DNA of 64,000 bases from Planctomycetota bacterium (GTDB lineage: Bacteria; Planctomycetota; UBA1135; UBA2386), in NCBI GenBank assembly GCA_965228735.1, contig OZ245838.1:4032001-4096000 (forward strand), given 5' to 3'. The notes beneath the pieces are model-generated. The model ran no database searches. It was not told where the DNA came from and saw nothing but the letters and a program-made list of their open reading frames with translations. Shown here one piece after another: positions 1 through 8,172 of the stretch (its first letter is position 1; each line of letters starts with the position of its first letter). The position numbers and the translations under genes are program-made.

Positions 1-2100
1 CGCGTCGACGTCGTCGAGCGACAGCGCCGCGAACGCGCGGTTTGCGAACAACTCGCCGGGCGCCTCTTCGGCCGCGGTCGACCCCAGCAGCTTCCGGGCG
101 GCCTCGAACTCGCCGAGAGCGAGCAGCGCCGCCGCCAGGTTCGAGGCGGACAACGGCGAGCCGGCAGTCGCGTGGGCTCGGGCGAAGTAGCCCTTCGCCG
201 CGTGGGCGGATCCGTGACCGAGCTCGAGCGCGCCGCGCGCCGTCGCGATGACCGGATCGTCGGCGAGCGCGATCGCGCGATCGAGCAGTCGGCGCGCCTG
301 CGGCACGTTGCCCTGGCGCGCGTAGAGGATCCCTGCCGCCGTGAGCGCCATCGCGTTGCGCGGCTCGAGCTGCACGGCCCGTTCGATCGAGGCCAGCGCC
401 TGGCGGACCTGACCGCCATGGAGCTCGGACTGCGCCCGATCGAGCCAGTGTCCCGCGAGCCCGTGCCGGGTGACGGTCAGCCCTTCGTCGGCCGGCAGCT
501 CGACGGGCAACGCATCGGGCGTCCGCACGCCGATGCCCGACGGGTGGCGCGCCGAGCCCTGGAGCGAACCACCGCTCCAGTCCTCGGAGCGCAGTTCATC
601 GAGCCCGATCGAGTTGAACTGGAACCCGCGCCGCAGCTGCACGAGCCGATGCGACCCACGCCGCACGGCCTCCTCGATCCACGTATCGTCGAGCACGCGG
701 GGCGACAGGATGATCATGAGCTCGACCTCGGTCCGCGACTGCACGGTGCTCGAGAAGAGCTGCCCGACGAACGGGATGTTCATCAGGAACGGCACGCCCT
801 GACGGGTCTCGTCCTTCCGCGTGCTCCGCAAGCCGCCGAGCGCGATCGCCTGACCGTCGGACACCCGCACGAGCGTCGTCGCCGTGCGTTCGCTGACGAC
901 CGGCACCTCGACCAGACCGTCGGGCGTGATCACCGTGCCGGTGCGCTCGCGCACGGAGGGCGAGATCGCGACCGTGAGGATGCCGTCCTCGCCGATCATG
1001 GGGCGCACGTTCAGCGTCACGCCGGTATCGACGAAGTCGACGCTGAACTCGGTTCGCGCCAACCCGCCGTTGTCGATGACCTCGCGCGAGATCACGGGGA
1101 CCTGATCGACGACCGCGATGTTCGCCGGCTGGTTGTTCATCGTCGCCACGCGAGGGCTGCTCAGCACGCGCACCTCGCCCTGCCGCTGCAGCGCGTCGAC
1201 GAACGCGGAGAAGTCACCCGTGTCGAGCACGCCGAACGTGAGCGCAGCGCCGCCCGACGCGGCGGTCTGCGTCAGCACGCCGCCGCCCGTCGCCGTACCG
1301 ACCTTGTTGCTGTTGAAGAGGTCGGGCAGCAGCGACCAGTTGACGCCGAGGCTGTAGCTGTCGTTGAGGCGCACCTCGAGGATCCGCGCCTCGAGCGACA
1401 CCTGTCTATTCACGCGCCGCAGCGTCGTGTCGATGAGCTCGCGCAGGCGCGCGACCCGCTGCGGACTGGCTTCGACGTGGACGGTCGCCGAGGCGCGGTT
1501 GATCACCGCATCGGCACCGTCACCCAGCACCTGCGGCAGCATCGTCTCGAGATCGGCCCAGAAGTCGACGTCGTTCTGCCCGGCACCCTGCGCGCCGGCG
1601 TTGGCTTGCCCACCGCCGGCCGCGGCGGCGCCCTGCATGTTGGGACCGATCGTGTTCTCGACCGACATCAGGTCCACGTACATCGTCTCGCGCACGCGGT
1701 CGGTCACGCGCAGGAAGCCGCCGTCCCACGAGTACCCGAGGTCCACGCTCTCGAGCAACGCTTCGAACGCCTGCTCGATCGTCGACTGCTTGATGTCGAA
1801 CGTGCACGGCGTCGCGGCGACGTCGGGGTCGACGATCAGATTGATGTCGGAGTCCTTGAACAGCGCGAGCAGCACATCGCCGACCGCGCTGTTGCGGGCC
1901 TGGAGCGATTGCATGGCGCGCCCGGTCGATCGGGTCGCCGAGAGCTCCGGCATCGGAACGACGAGCATCGGTCGATAGACCGCCGAGCCGGCGCCATCGT
2001 CCTGATCCAACCTCGGGGGCGAGGCCTCGCCCATCGGCGTGCAGCACGCGAGGACTGCGGCACCCCAGGCCGCCACTACCGTCTGACAACGTCGCATCAT
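1..2100 (-). CDS. MshL/GspD/PilQ-family secretin with C-terminal TPR extension (3' end runs off the window)
   Basis: Not in the ORF track; translated by hand from ATG 2100 (ATGA overlap with the upstream stop, GGAGAGGAG upstream). Contains DFWADLE, RQVSLEARILEVRLNDSYSLGVNW, VLSSPRVATMNNQPA, TGVTLNVRP and GVPFLMNIPFVGQLF..ELMIILSPRV (secretin core), then TPR-like helices (ALASIERAVQLEPRNAMA). Open to base 1. Confidence 0.9.
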   Translation of the reverse strand, partial: MMRRCQTVVAAWGAAVLACCTPMGEASPPRLDQDDGAGSAVYRPMLVVPMPELSATRSTGRAMQSLQARNSAVGDVLLALFKDSDINLIVDPDVAATPCTFDIKQSTIEQAFEALLESVDLGYSWDGGFLRVTDRVRETMYVDLMSVENTIGPNMQGAAAAGGGQANAGAQGAGQNDVDFWADLETMLPQVLGDGADAVINRASATVHVEASPQRVARLRELIDTTLRRVNRQVSLEARILEVRLNDSYSLGVNWSLLPDLFNSNKVGTATGGGVLTQTAASGGAALTFGVLDTGDFSAFVDALQRQGEVRVLSSPRVATMNNQPANIAVVDQVPVISREVIDNGGLARTEFSVDFVDTGVTLNVRPMIGEDGILTVAISPSVRERTGTVITPDGLVEVPVVSERTATTLVRVSDGQAIALGGLRSTRKDETRQGVPFLMNIPFVGQLFSSTVQSRTEVELMIILSPRVLDDTWIEEAVRRGSHRLVQLRRGFQFNSIGLDELRSEDWSGGSLQGSARHPSGIGVRTPDALPVELPADEGLTVTRHGLAGHWLDRAQSELHGGQVRQALASIERAVQLEPRNAMALTAAGILYARQGNVPQARRLLDRAIALADDPVIATARGALELGHGSAHAAKGYFARAHATAGSPLSASNLAAALLALGEFEAARKLLGSTAAEEAPGELFANRAFAALSLDDVDA

Positions 2101-2753
2101 TTCTCTCCTCTCCCCGTATCTCCGTCGATGGCCGTGGCCATCGCGGGCGCGGCGACTACGTCGGCCGCGGCTGCGGACGCGGCCAGTTCTGCCGCGCGCC
2201 GCCGTTCGAGCTCACTCCGGAACTCGCGCGGCCAGGCGTTCTCGAAATCGTAGGTGAGCACCCGGCCGCGCCAGATCCCGACGACGGCGCCGCGCTCGAT
2301 CCGTTCGACGGCGAAGCCCTGGATCTCCTCGCCGGTCCCGACCACCTGCCCGCCCAGAACGGCGCGGTCGGCGCGGTCGCTGAGCATGACCACGCCGAGC
2401 TGCAGCTGCGGCGGCTCCGTACCACGCCAGCCGACCGACGGCCCGCCGGTCTCGGCGAGCGGCGTCGGGGCGATCGCCTGCAGGGCCAGCTCGGTGACCG
2501 CCATCCGAACGGGCATGCCGATCGCGTAGCTGCCATGACGAGCCAGCAGGTCCTCCCAGTTGGCCGCATCGGCGCCGGCCAGGACGTCGTTCAGACCATC
2601 CTCGTCGTCGAAGTCGTCGCCCATGGGATCGAACGGCACCGGCGCCGGGCTGCTGCCGAGATCGAGGAGCGCATTGCCAGCGACTGCGCCGCCCACCACG
2701 AGCATGAGCACGGCGACGACGGGCGGCACTCCCTTGCGTTGCTTCTTGCTCAT
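2097..2753 (-). CDS. Pilus/secretion accessory protein, MshK/PilP/GspC-like
   Basis: N-terminal TM; C-terminal LQLGVVMLSDRADRAVLGGQVVGTGEEIQGFAVERIE resembles the small beta domain of MshK/PilP; lies immediately upstream of the secretin. Confidence 0.6.
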   Translation of the reverse strand: MSKKQRKGVPPVVAVLMLVVGGAVAGNALLDLGSSPAPVPFDPMGDDFDDEDGLNDVLAGADAANWEDLLARHGSYAIGMPVRMAVTELALQAIAPTPLAETGGPSVGWRGTEPPQLQLGVVMLSDRADRAVLGGQVVGTGEEIQGFAVERIERGAVVGIWRGRVLTYDFENAWPREFRSELERRRAAELAASAAAADVVAAPAMATAIDGDTGRGEK

Positions 2754-3265
2754 CGCCCGGCCTCCGCCGTGCCCTCGTGATAGGTCGCGAGACCCAGTTC
2801 GAAACCGACGGTGCCGGGCCCGTCGGGCAGGATTCGCCCGGTCTCGACGACGACGAGGTCGGTCGCGGTCTCGATGCTGGCGATGAACTCGCAGAGTGCC
2901 GTGGGCTCGGCTATCCCGACGGTTCGATAGGTCTGCTTCTCGGCAGCCGACGAGGCGTTGGCCTTGAGCTGCACCAGTTCGACACCGTGCTCGTCACCGA
3001 GCTGTTGGATCGTGCGCAGCGTCCCGGGCACATCGGCGGCGACCGTCAGCTGCCAAGGGCTAGGCTCGGGAACGTTCTCCACGACGGGAGCCGTCCGCGC
3101 CGTCTCGAGCTCGTCCTCGAGATCCAGCAGCCGATCGCCCGCCGCCTGCAGCGCCGCCTCCGCGCTGGCACGCTGCCAGCGCACGACGGCCGCGAACCCG
3201 ACCTGCAGCACCGCAACCGCGATCACGACACCGGCGACCACCCGCCGCTTCTCCATGGTCTTCAC
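2750..3265 (-). CDS. PilO/GspM/MshJ-like inner-membrane alignment protein
   Basis: C-terminal part of track ORF 2750..4462. GTG 3265 overlaps the upstream stop (GTGA) and has GGAGG 6 nt upstream. TM + coiled coil + ferredoxin-like C-terminus (LCEFIASIE); follows the PilN-like domain. Confidence 0.65.
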   Translation of the reverse strand: MKTMEKRRVVAGVVIAVAVLQVGFAAVVRWQRASAEAALQAAGDRLLDLEDELETARTAPVVENVPEPSPWQLTVAADVPGTLRTIQQLGDEHGVELVQLKANASSAAEKQTYRTVGIAEPTALCEFIASIETATDLVVVETGRILPDGPGTVGFELGLATYHEGTAEAGR

Positions 3266-4674
3266 GAGTGCCTCCATGCGATCTGCACGCGGAACTGGAC
3301 ACGTTCGGGGTGACCGACCACCTCCTCGACCTCGTCCTTGCCGAGGTCGTGCAGGTAGGGCAACGCGTGGAGCGCGTCGACGAACTGCGCCAGCAGCGCG
3401 AGCGCCTCCTGGCGACTGTCGCCTTCGACGATGCCGGTGATCGTGACGGGCGCGGCACTCGCGAACTGGATCGAACCGATGTGGACGTTCGCCGGCGCGA
3501 GGTTGCTCACCTCGGCGAACATCCGGCTGACGGGTCGGCGCATGCTGAGCGCGAGATCGATCGTGCCGGCAGCGGCAGTCTCGCCGTCGGGAGCCGCGGC
3601 CGCTTGCACCTGGATCAGTTCGTTCTCCAGCCGAGTGCGCTCGACGGCCGCGCGGTCGAGTTCCGCTGTCGTCGCGATCAGCTCGCGGCCGTCGTTGACG
3701 CCATAGGCGAAGACCGCGAGGCCCGCAGCCGCCACCGCGGCGACAGCCGCAACACGGCGCCGCGGCCATGGCACGTCGAGGTGCGGTTCGCGCTCGAGCG
3801 CCGGCACACGCTGTCCGGCGAACAGCTGCTCCATGAGCATGAGCGTTGCGAGGCCGGGCGTCGTATCGATCTCGTCGAGATCCCAATCGAGCTCGGGGAA
3901 CTCGATGTCGTTGGCGATGCCGGCGAGCAGCTCCATCGACTCGTCGTCGAACGGGAACCGTCGACCCAGCACGAGCATGCTCGGCTCGTCGTGTCCGGAT
4001 TCCGTGAGCCAGCTCTTCGTCCGCGGCACTTCGATCGCGAGCTGCGCCGCGAGCGCGAGGGACTCCTCCGTGCCGCCCCGCCCGCCGAGCAGGAAGCGGC
4101 GCACCTTCACCGGCACCCCGCGCTGGCAGTAGACGTAGCGGGCCCGGCCGCCGTTGAGCTCGAGAACTGCCGACGACGCCGCGTCGATCGGCGCCGCGAG
4201 CGCCATGCAGGCCTCCGAGGTGTGCACGCCCAGCACGTCGAGCCCGACGGCCCGACACGCCTGGTCCATCCGCTGGACGACGCTCTGGGGCAAGGCCGAA
4301 ACCGCGACCTCGAACCGGCCGTCCCAGGCCGCGCGCAGCATGCGCGGCGCGAGCAGGACCTCGCTCGACTGCGACATGCTCGACAGGCGCAGCGCCTCGC
4401 GCTTGAGGAACCCGACCATGTCGGCCACCGCCATGCGAGGGACTGCGGCAGCGAAGTGGCACGCCCGACGGTCGCCGATGATCACATGCACACCGGCGGC
4501 ACCCCGCATCGGATCGCTACCGAGCGAGGACAGGGTCGCGCGCAACGTCTCGGCGTTGATGTCGACCAACGGCAGCCGCTCGCAGCTGAAGATCCGCGCG
4601 TTGCCGCCCGCGGCAGCGCCGATCGTCAGCGTGACGCTGCCCTCCTCGAACTCGATGATCGCGTGGGTCTTCAT
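3262..4674 (-). CDS. Fused PilM-like (actin fold) - TM - PilN-like protein (GspL/MshI architecture)
   Basis: Start MKTHAIIEFEEG at ATG 4674. PilM-like segments (ACRAVGLDVLGV, AVLELNGGR, QLAIEVPRT), one TM, then a PilN-like domain (MFAEVSNLAPANVHIGSIQF..VTITG..AQFVDAL). Confidence 0.7.
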   Translation of the reverse strand: MKTHAIIEFEEGSVTLTIGAAAGGNARIFSCERLPLVDINAETLRATLSSLGSDPMRGAAGVHVIIGDRRACHFAAAVPRMAVADMVGFLKREALRLSSMSQSSEVLLAPRMLRAAWDGRFEVAVSALPQSVVQRMDQACRAVGLDVLGVHTSEACMALAAPIDAASSAVLELNGGRARYVYCQRGVPVKVRRFLLGGRGGTEESLALAAQLAIEVPRTKSWLTESGHDEPSMLVLGRRFPFDDESMELLAGIANDIEFPELDWDLDEIDTTPGLATLMLMEQLFAGQRVPALEREPHLDVPWPRRRVAAVAAVAAAGLAVFAYGVNDGRELIATTAELDRAAVERTRLENELIQVQAAAAPDGETAAAGTIDLALSMRRPVSRMFAEVSNLAPANVHIGSIQFASAAPVTITGIVEGDSRQEALALLAQFVDALHALPYLHDLGKDEVEEVVGHPERVQFRVQIAWRHS

Positions 4675-4682
4675 GGCACTGC

Positions 4683-5351
4683 TCAGAATCCGATGTCGTC
4701 GGTCGTGCCGAACGAGCGATCCGGTCCGGCGCTCGTCAGCGTGTGGGTCGCGGCATCCCATTGCAGGGTCGTGCCGAACCCGTCCGTGTCGTAGGAAGCG
4801 CCGAGTCCGATCGCCGTGCGGACCGTCGGCCAATCGCCTGCGACCGAGCCGCCGGCCTCGATGTGCTCGGCGAGCACCTCGACGATGAGTCGAACGCGGG
4901 CGTAGGTCCGGCGCGTGCCCGGCACCGCGCCGGCGACGACCACGACGTGCTCCTCGGTCGCCGCGCCGTCGTCCACGCCGTTCTCGCCCCGACTGTGAAC
5001 GGTGGCGGTGTTGGCCGCGGCATCGACGGCGTAGACGTACTCGAGGCCGGCGCCGAACGAGTCGATCACGGCGGTGTTCGCCACGCCGGTCTGCAGATGC
5101 TCGCCGACGAAGTCCGTCGCGGTCAGACTGACCGGGAAGGCCGCGTTCTCGAAGTAGTACGACTCCAGTGCGCGCGCGATCTTCGCAAGCTCGGCGGTCG
5201 CCTCCTGCCGACGGTCCGCCGCGATCACGGCACCCGCGAGCGGCACGGCCGTGCCGAGCAACAGGCCGAGCACGGCGAGCACGACGACGACTTCGAGCAG
5301 CGTGAAACCGCGCTCGCCGGCACCACGGGAAGCGCGAGCGCTACATGTCAT
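4683..5351 (-). CDS. Type IV pilin/pseudopilin, GspG-like, with two head modules
   Basis: Class III signal RG/FTLLEVVVVLAVLGLL with E5; GspG-like C-terminal motifs SRGENGVDDG and SAGPDRSFGTTDDI. Confidence 0.85.
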   Translation of the reverse strand: MTCSARASRGAGERGFTLLEVVVVLAVLGLLLGTAVPLAGAVIAADRRQEATAELAKIARALESYYFENAAFPVSLTATDFVGEHLQTGVANTAVIDSFGAGLEYVYAVDAAANTATVHSRGENGVDDGAATEEHVVVVAGAVPGTRRTYARVRLIVEVLAEHIEAGGSVAGDWPTVRTAIGLGASYDTDGFGTTLQWDAATHTLTSAGPDRSFGTTDDIGF

Positions 5352-6156
5352 CGGCCGTTCCTCCGGTTCGGTCGGCGCCGACCGCGACGACGCCGACCGT
5401 CGAGTCGAGTATCAGCGGCACACCGCCACCATCCACGGCACGGCTGTCGGGCATGCCGAGCCCCTCCATGAGCCCGCCGGCGCCGGTGACGGCCGGCGGC
5501 AGCGGCGTACAACCATGCGCGGCAGTGATCGTCGAGACCGTCGTCCGCGCGTCGTCCATCCGGGTCGTCAGCGCCGCGCGCGTTGCGGCATCCGCCGTGA
5601 GGTACGAGCGGCGCGCGATCGCGTAGTCCCGCATCGCCGCGACCACGGCGTCCTCCTCGGCGTTCGTCATGGTCGCCGCCCAGCGGTAGCCGCTGCGCGC
5701 GAACGCGGCGCGGATGAGGCGCAGGCGAGCACGTTGCCGCGCACGGAGCAATGACTCGGTTCCGACGGAGGCCACGATGTCGTCGCTCGTGTCGAGCTGG
5801 CCGTCGGCGCCGCGACTCCGGATTCGCAACGTGTTCGCAACCATGCCGTAGTCGAGGTCGGCCGCCCCGCCCCACGGATCGTGCCGCCACGGACCGAGCA
5901 CCGGCCCGTTGGCGCCCGCCACGAGGTCGTCGACCGAAGCCGGGAACGCGCCGGTACGCCGGAACCGGTCCCGCGCAGCAGATTCGGCGGTGGCCACGTG
6001 CGACTCGGCCCGAGCGCCGGCGTCGGCGAACGGCACGAGCACCTCGACGGCGAGCACGATTGCGAGACTGCCGGAAGCGATCACGCCGAGCAGCACGAGC
6101 AGAGCGAAGCCCGCCTCGCACTCGCCTTCGTGATGACCGCGGATCGACCCCGTCAT
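5341..6156 (-). CDS. Minor pilin lacking E5 (GspK/PilX-like) with GspG-type head motifs
   Basis: ATG 6156 overlaps the upstream stop (ATGA). AG/FALLVLLGVI has no Glu at +5. Contains DPWG and SRGADGQLDTSDDI, plus a second AVGADRTGGTADDM. Confidence 0.7.
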   Translation of the reverse strand: MTGSIRGHHEGECEAGFALLVLLGVIASGSLAIVLAVEVLVPFADAGARAESHVATAESAARDRFRRTGAFPASVDDLVAGANGPVLGPWRHDPWGGAADLDYGMVANTLRIRSRGADGQLDTSDDIVASVGTESLLRARQRARLRLIRAAFARSGYRWAATMTNAEEDAVVAAMRDYAIARRSYLTADAATRAALTTRMDDARTTVSTITAAHGCTPLPPAVTGAGGLMEGLGMPDSRAVDGGGVPLILDSTVGVVAVGADRTGGTADDM

Positions 6157-7361
6157 TTGCCGATCCCCTTCATCGCGGTGTAGATCGTCGTCACCACGAG
6201 AACGGCGACGCCACCGACGACGATGCCGAGGAACACCGTGACCGCCGGCTCGAGCAGCGCGAGCGCGCGCTTCACCGCGGCCTTGACCTCGCGATCGTAG
6301 AGCCGCCCGAGCTTCTCGAACGTCACGGGCAGGCGACCGGCCTCTTCGCCAACCTGCAGGATGCTCGTCGCGACGGGCGGCAGCAGCTTCGCTTCGGCAA
6401 CCGAGTCCGACAGCCGCGCGCCGCCGATGATCCGTTCGCGGCACTGCAACAACGCCGCGCGGTGGTACGGCGACACGACACCGGCAGCCGCGAGTTCGAG
6501 CGCATGCGGCATCGTGAGGCCGGCCTGCAAGAGCACGCTCATCGAACGCGACAGCTGCGCGACGGCCAACGTGGCGACCACGTTGCGAGCGACGGGCATG
6601 CGGCCGATCCCCGACGTGATGACGTCACGCACGCGCGCCAGTCTGAGGAGCAGACCGAGAGTCACGAGGCCCGCGATCGAACCGATGATGATCGCGACGA
6701 TGTGCGCCTGCACGAAGCCCGAGCAGTCGATGAGCCAGCGGCTCGCCGCCGGCAGCTCGGCGCTCATCTTCGCGATCACGGCGCCGAGGCGCGGCACGAC
6801 GAACGACAGCATGAACAGCACCATCGCGTAGCCAGCCGCCAACACGATCGTCGGGTAGACGAGCGCCTGCCGCACCGTGCCCGCGATCTCGAGCTTCCAT
6901 TCGAGGTAGCCGGCGATCGAACTGAGCACGTTCGGCAGGCTGCCCGATTCCTCGCCCGCGCGAACGAGCGCGCAGTAGACCGCAGGGAACGACCGCGGAT
7001 GCGCAAGCAGCGCGTCGGACAGTAGCTGGCCGTCCGCCACCCGCTCACTGAGGTCGGCGAGCATCCCTTCGATACGAGGATCGTCTTCCTGCTCGCCGAG
7101 GGCGCGGAACGTCATCAGGAGCGGCACGCCGGCGTCGAATGCCTCCTGCATCGCCTGCGTGAGCAGCATCAGACGACGCTGCCCGAGCGCGACTTCCCGC
7201 ACCGGCGCCCGCTCCGACGGCTCGTCGTCGAGCTGCCGGCACTGCAGCAGCGCGCGGCCTTCCGCGTGCAGCTGCTCGTGCAGCGATTGCTCGTCGGCGG
7301 CCTCGAGCTCAGCGACGGCCTGGGATCCGTCGCACTCCAGGATGGTTGTCCGGTATCGCAT
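6153..7361 (-). CDS. Type II secretion F / PilC platform protein
   Basis: AGVPLL, G.LLSDAL..HPRSFP..YCALVRAGEESGSL, ALVYP, and a second repeat VGEEAGRL..LLEP; three TMs. Start ATG 7361 chosen; the track starts at 7397. Confidence 0.93.
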   Translation of the reverse strand: MRYRTTILECDGSQAVAELEAADEQSLHEQLHAEGRALLQCRQLDDEPSERAPVREVALGQRRLMLLTQAMQEAFDAGVPLLMTFRALGEQEDDPRIEGMLADLSERVADGQLLSDALLAHPRSFPAVYCALVRAGEESGSLPNVLSSIAGYLEWKLEIAGTVRQALVYPTIVLAAGYAMVLFMLSFVVPRLGAVIAKMSAELPAASRWLIDCSGFVQAHIVAIIIGSIAGLVTLGLLLRLARVRDVITSGIGRMPVARNVVATLAVAQLSRSMSVLLQAGLTMPHALELAAAGVVSPYHRAALLQCRERIIGGARLSDSVAEAKLLPPVATSILQVGEEAGRLPVTFEKLGRLYDREVKAAVKRALALLEPAVTVFLGIVVGGVAVLVVTTIYTAMKGIGK

Positions 7362-7422
7362 CAGGGGGCGGGGGGGACCACCGATCGCGTGCGGCACGTT
7401 CGGGCCGCGTCGAGAGCGGCGG

Positions 7423-8073
7423 CTACTGCTTCTGCGTCAAGATCAGGCCGATGTCGTCACCGGCGATCTCGGTCGTGGCGAGGGACTGCCAGTTGGTGTC
7501 GAACTGGCCGTTGGGCCCGGCGGAGATCACGTACATCCGCTTGTGCCGAGTCGCGTGCGTGCGCCAACCCGAACCGACGTTGATGATGTATGGGCGACCC
7601 CACGGATCGACCGGGGAGCTGCCGGCGGTGTACGGGCCGCGCCAGCGCAGGTTGCCGGTCGTCGCGTACGCGGCGCCCACCTGGCCGCCCGGCGAGTTGC
7701 GCAACAGGTGCTCGTCGAGCAGGTCCCCGCGCGTGCCGTTCATGCCCCACGTGATCCAGCGGTGACCGCGCGTCCACGGGTTCGACGTCGGCATCGCCGG
7801 TCCGGTCATCAGGACGAAGAGCTGATTGTCGTTCCCCGAACTGTTGCGCGCCGGAAAGCTGCCGAGGTCCGCGTTCACCTTCGTGATGGCGGCCCCGAGC
7901 ACCTTGACCTCGGCCTCGGCCCGCGCCCTTCGACCGTCTTCCATGTAGCTGGACAACATCGGCACGGCGATGCCGGTCAGCAGCAGGATGACCGAAAGTA
8001 CGACGATCACCTCGACCAAAGTGAAGCCGACCTCCCGTCGGCTCTCTGGGTATTTCCCGATGGCGGTGGACAT
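7423..8073 (-). CDS. Major pseudopilin/pilin, GspG-like
   Basis: VG/FTLVEVIVVLSVILLLTGIAVP; WRGPY, VDPWGRPY and ISAGPNGQFDT..DDI are GspG signatures; first gene of the operon. Confidence 0.9.
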   Translation of the reverse strand: MSTAIGKYPESRREVGFTLVEVIVVLSVILLLTGIAVPMLSSYMEDGRRARAEAEVKVLGAAITKVNADLGSFPARNSSGNDNQLFVLMTGPAMPTSNPWTRGHRWITWGMNGTRGDLLDEHLLRNSPGGQVGAAYATTGNLRWRGPYTAGSSPVDPWGRPYIINVGSGWRTHATRHKRMYVISAGPNGQFDTNWQSLATTEIAGDDIGLILTQKQ

Positions 8074-8080
8074 GCCAGCG

Positions 8081-8109
8081 GCATCGAGTTTCAAGAACAG
8101 GAACTTGAG
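8081..8109 (-). promoter_or_regulatory. sigma28 (FliA)-like promoter for the pilin operon
   Basis: Minus strand CTCAAG-N15-CTCGATGC, 7 nt before ATG 8073; same spacing and a near-identical downstream sequence as the motif at 31763-31791. Confidence 0.55.
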
Positions 8110-8137
8110 ACGATCACCGCGATACGAACGCGAGTTC

Positions 8138-8167
8138 CTCAGGTTCGATCCCCTCGTCGGCCGATCA
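8138..8167 (+). promoter_or_regulatory. sigma28 (FliA)-like promoter for the PilB/GspE ATPase
   Basis: CTCAGG-N16-GCCGATCA, 5 nt before ATG 8173 (8 nt before GTG 8176). Confidence 0.55.
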
Positions 8168-8172
8168 CGGGA

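Noticed and set aside
172..2253. 693-aa plus-strand ORF
   Set aside because: Antisense shadow of the secretin gene; Arg/His-rich with no motifs, as expected from high-GC codon bias.
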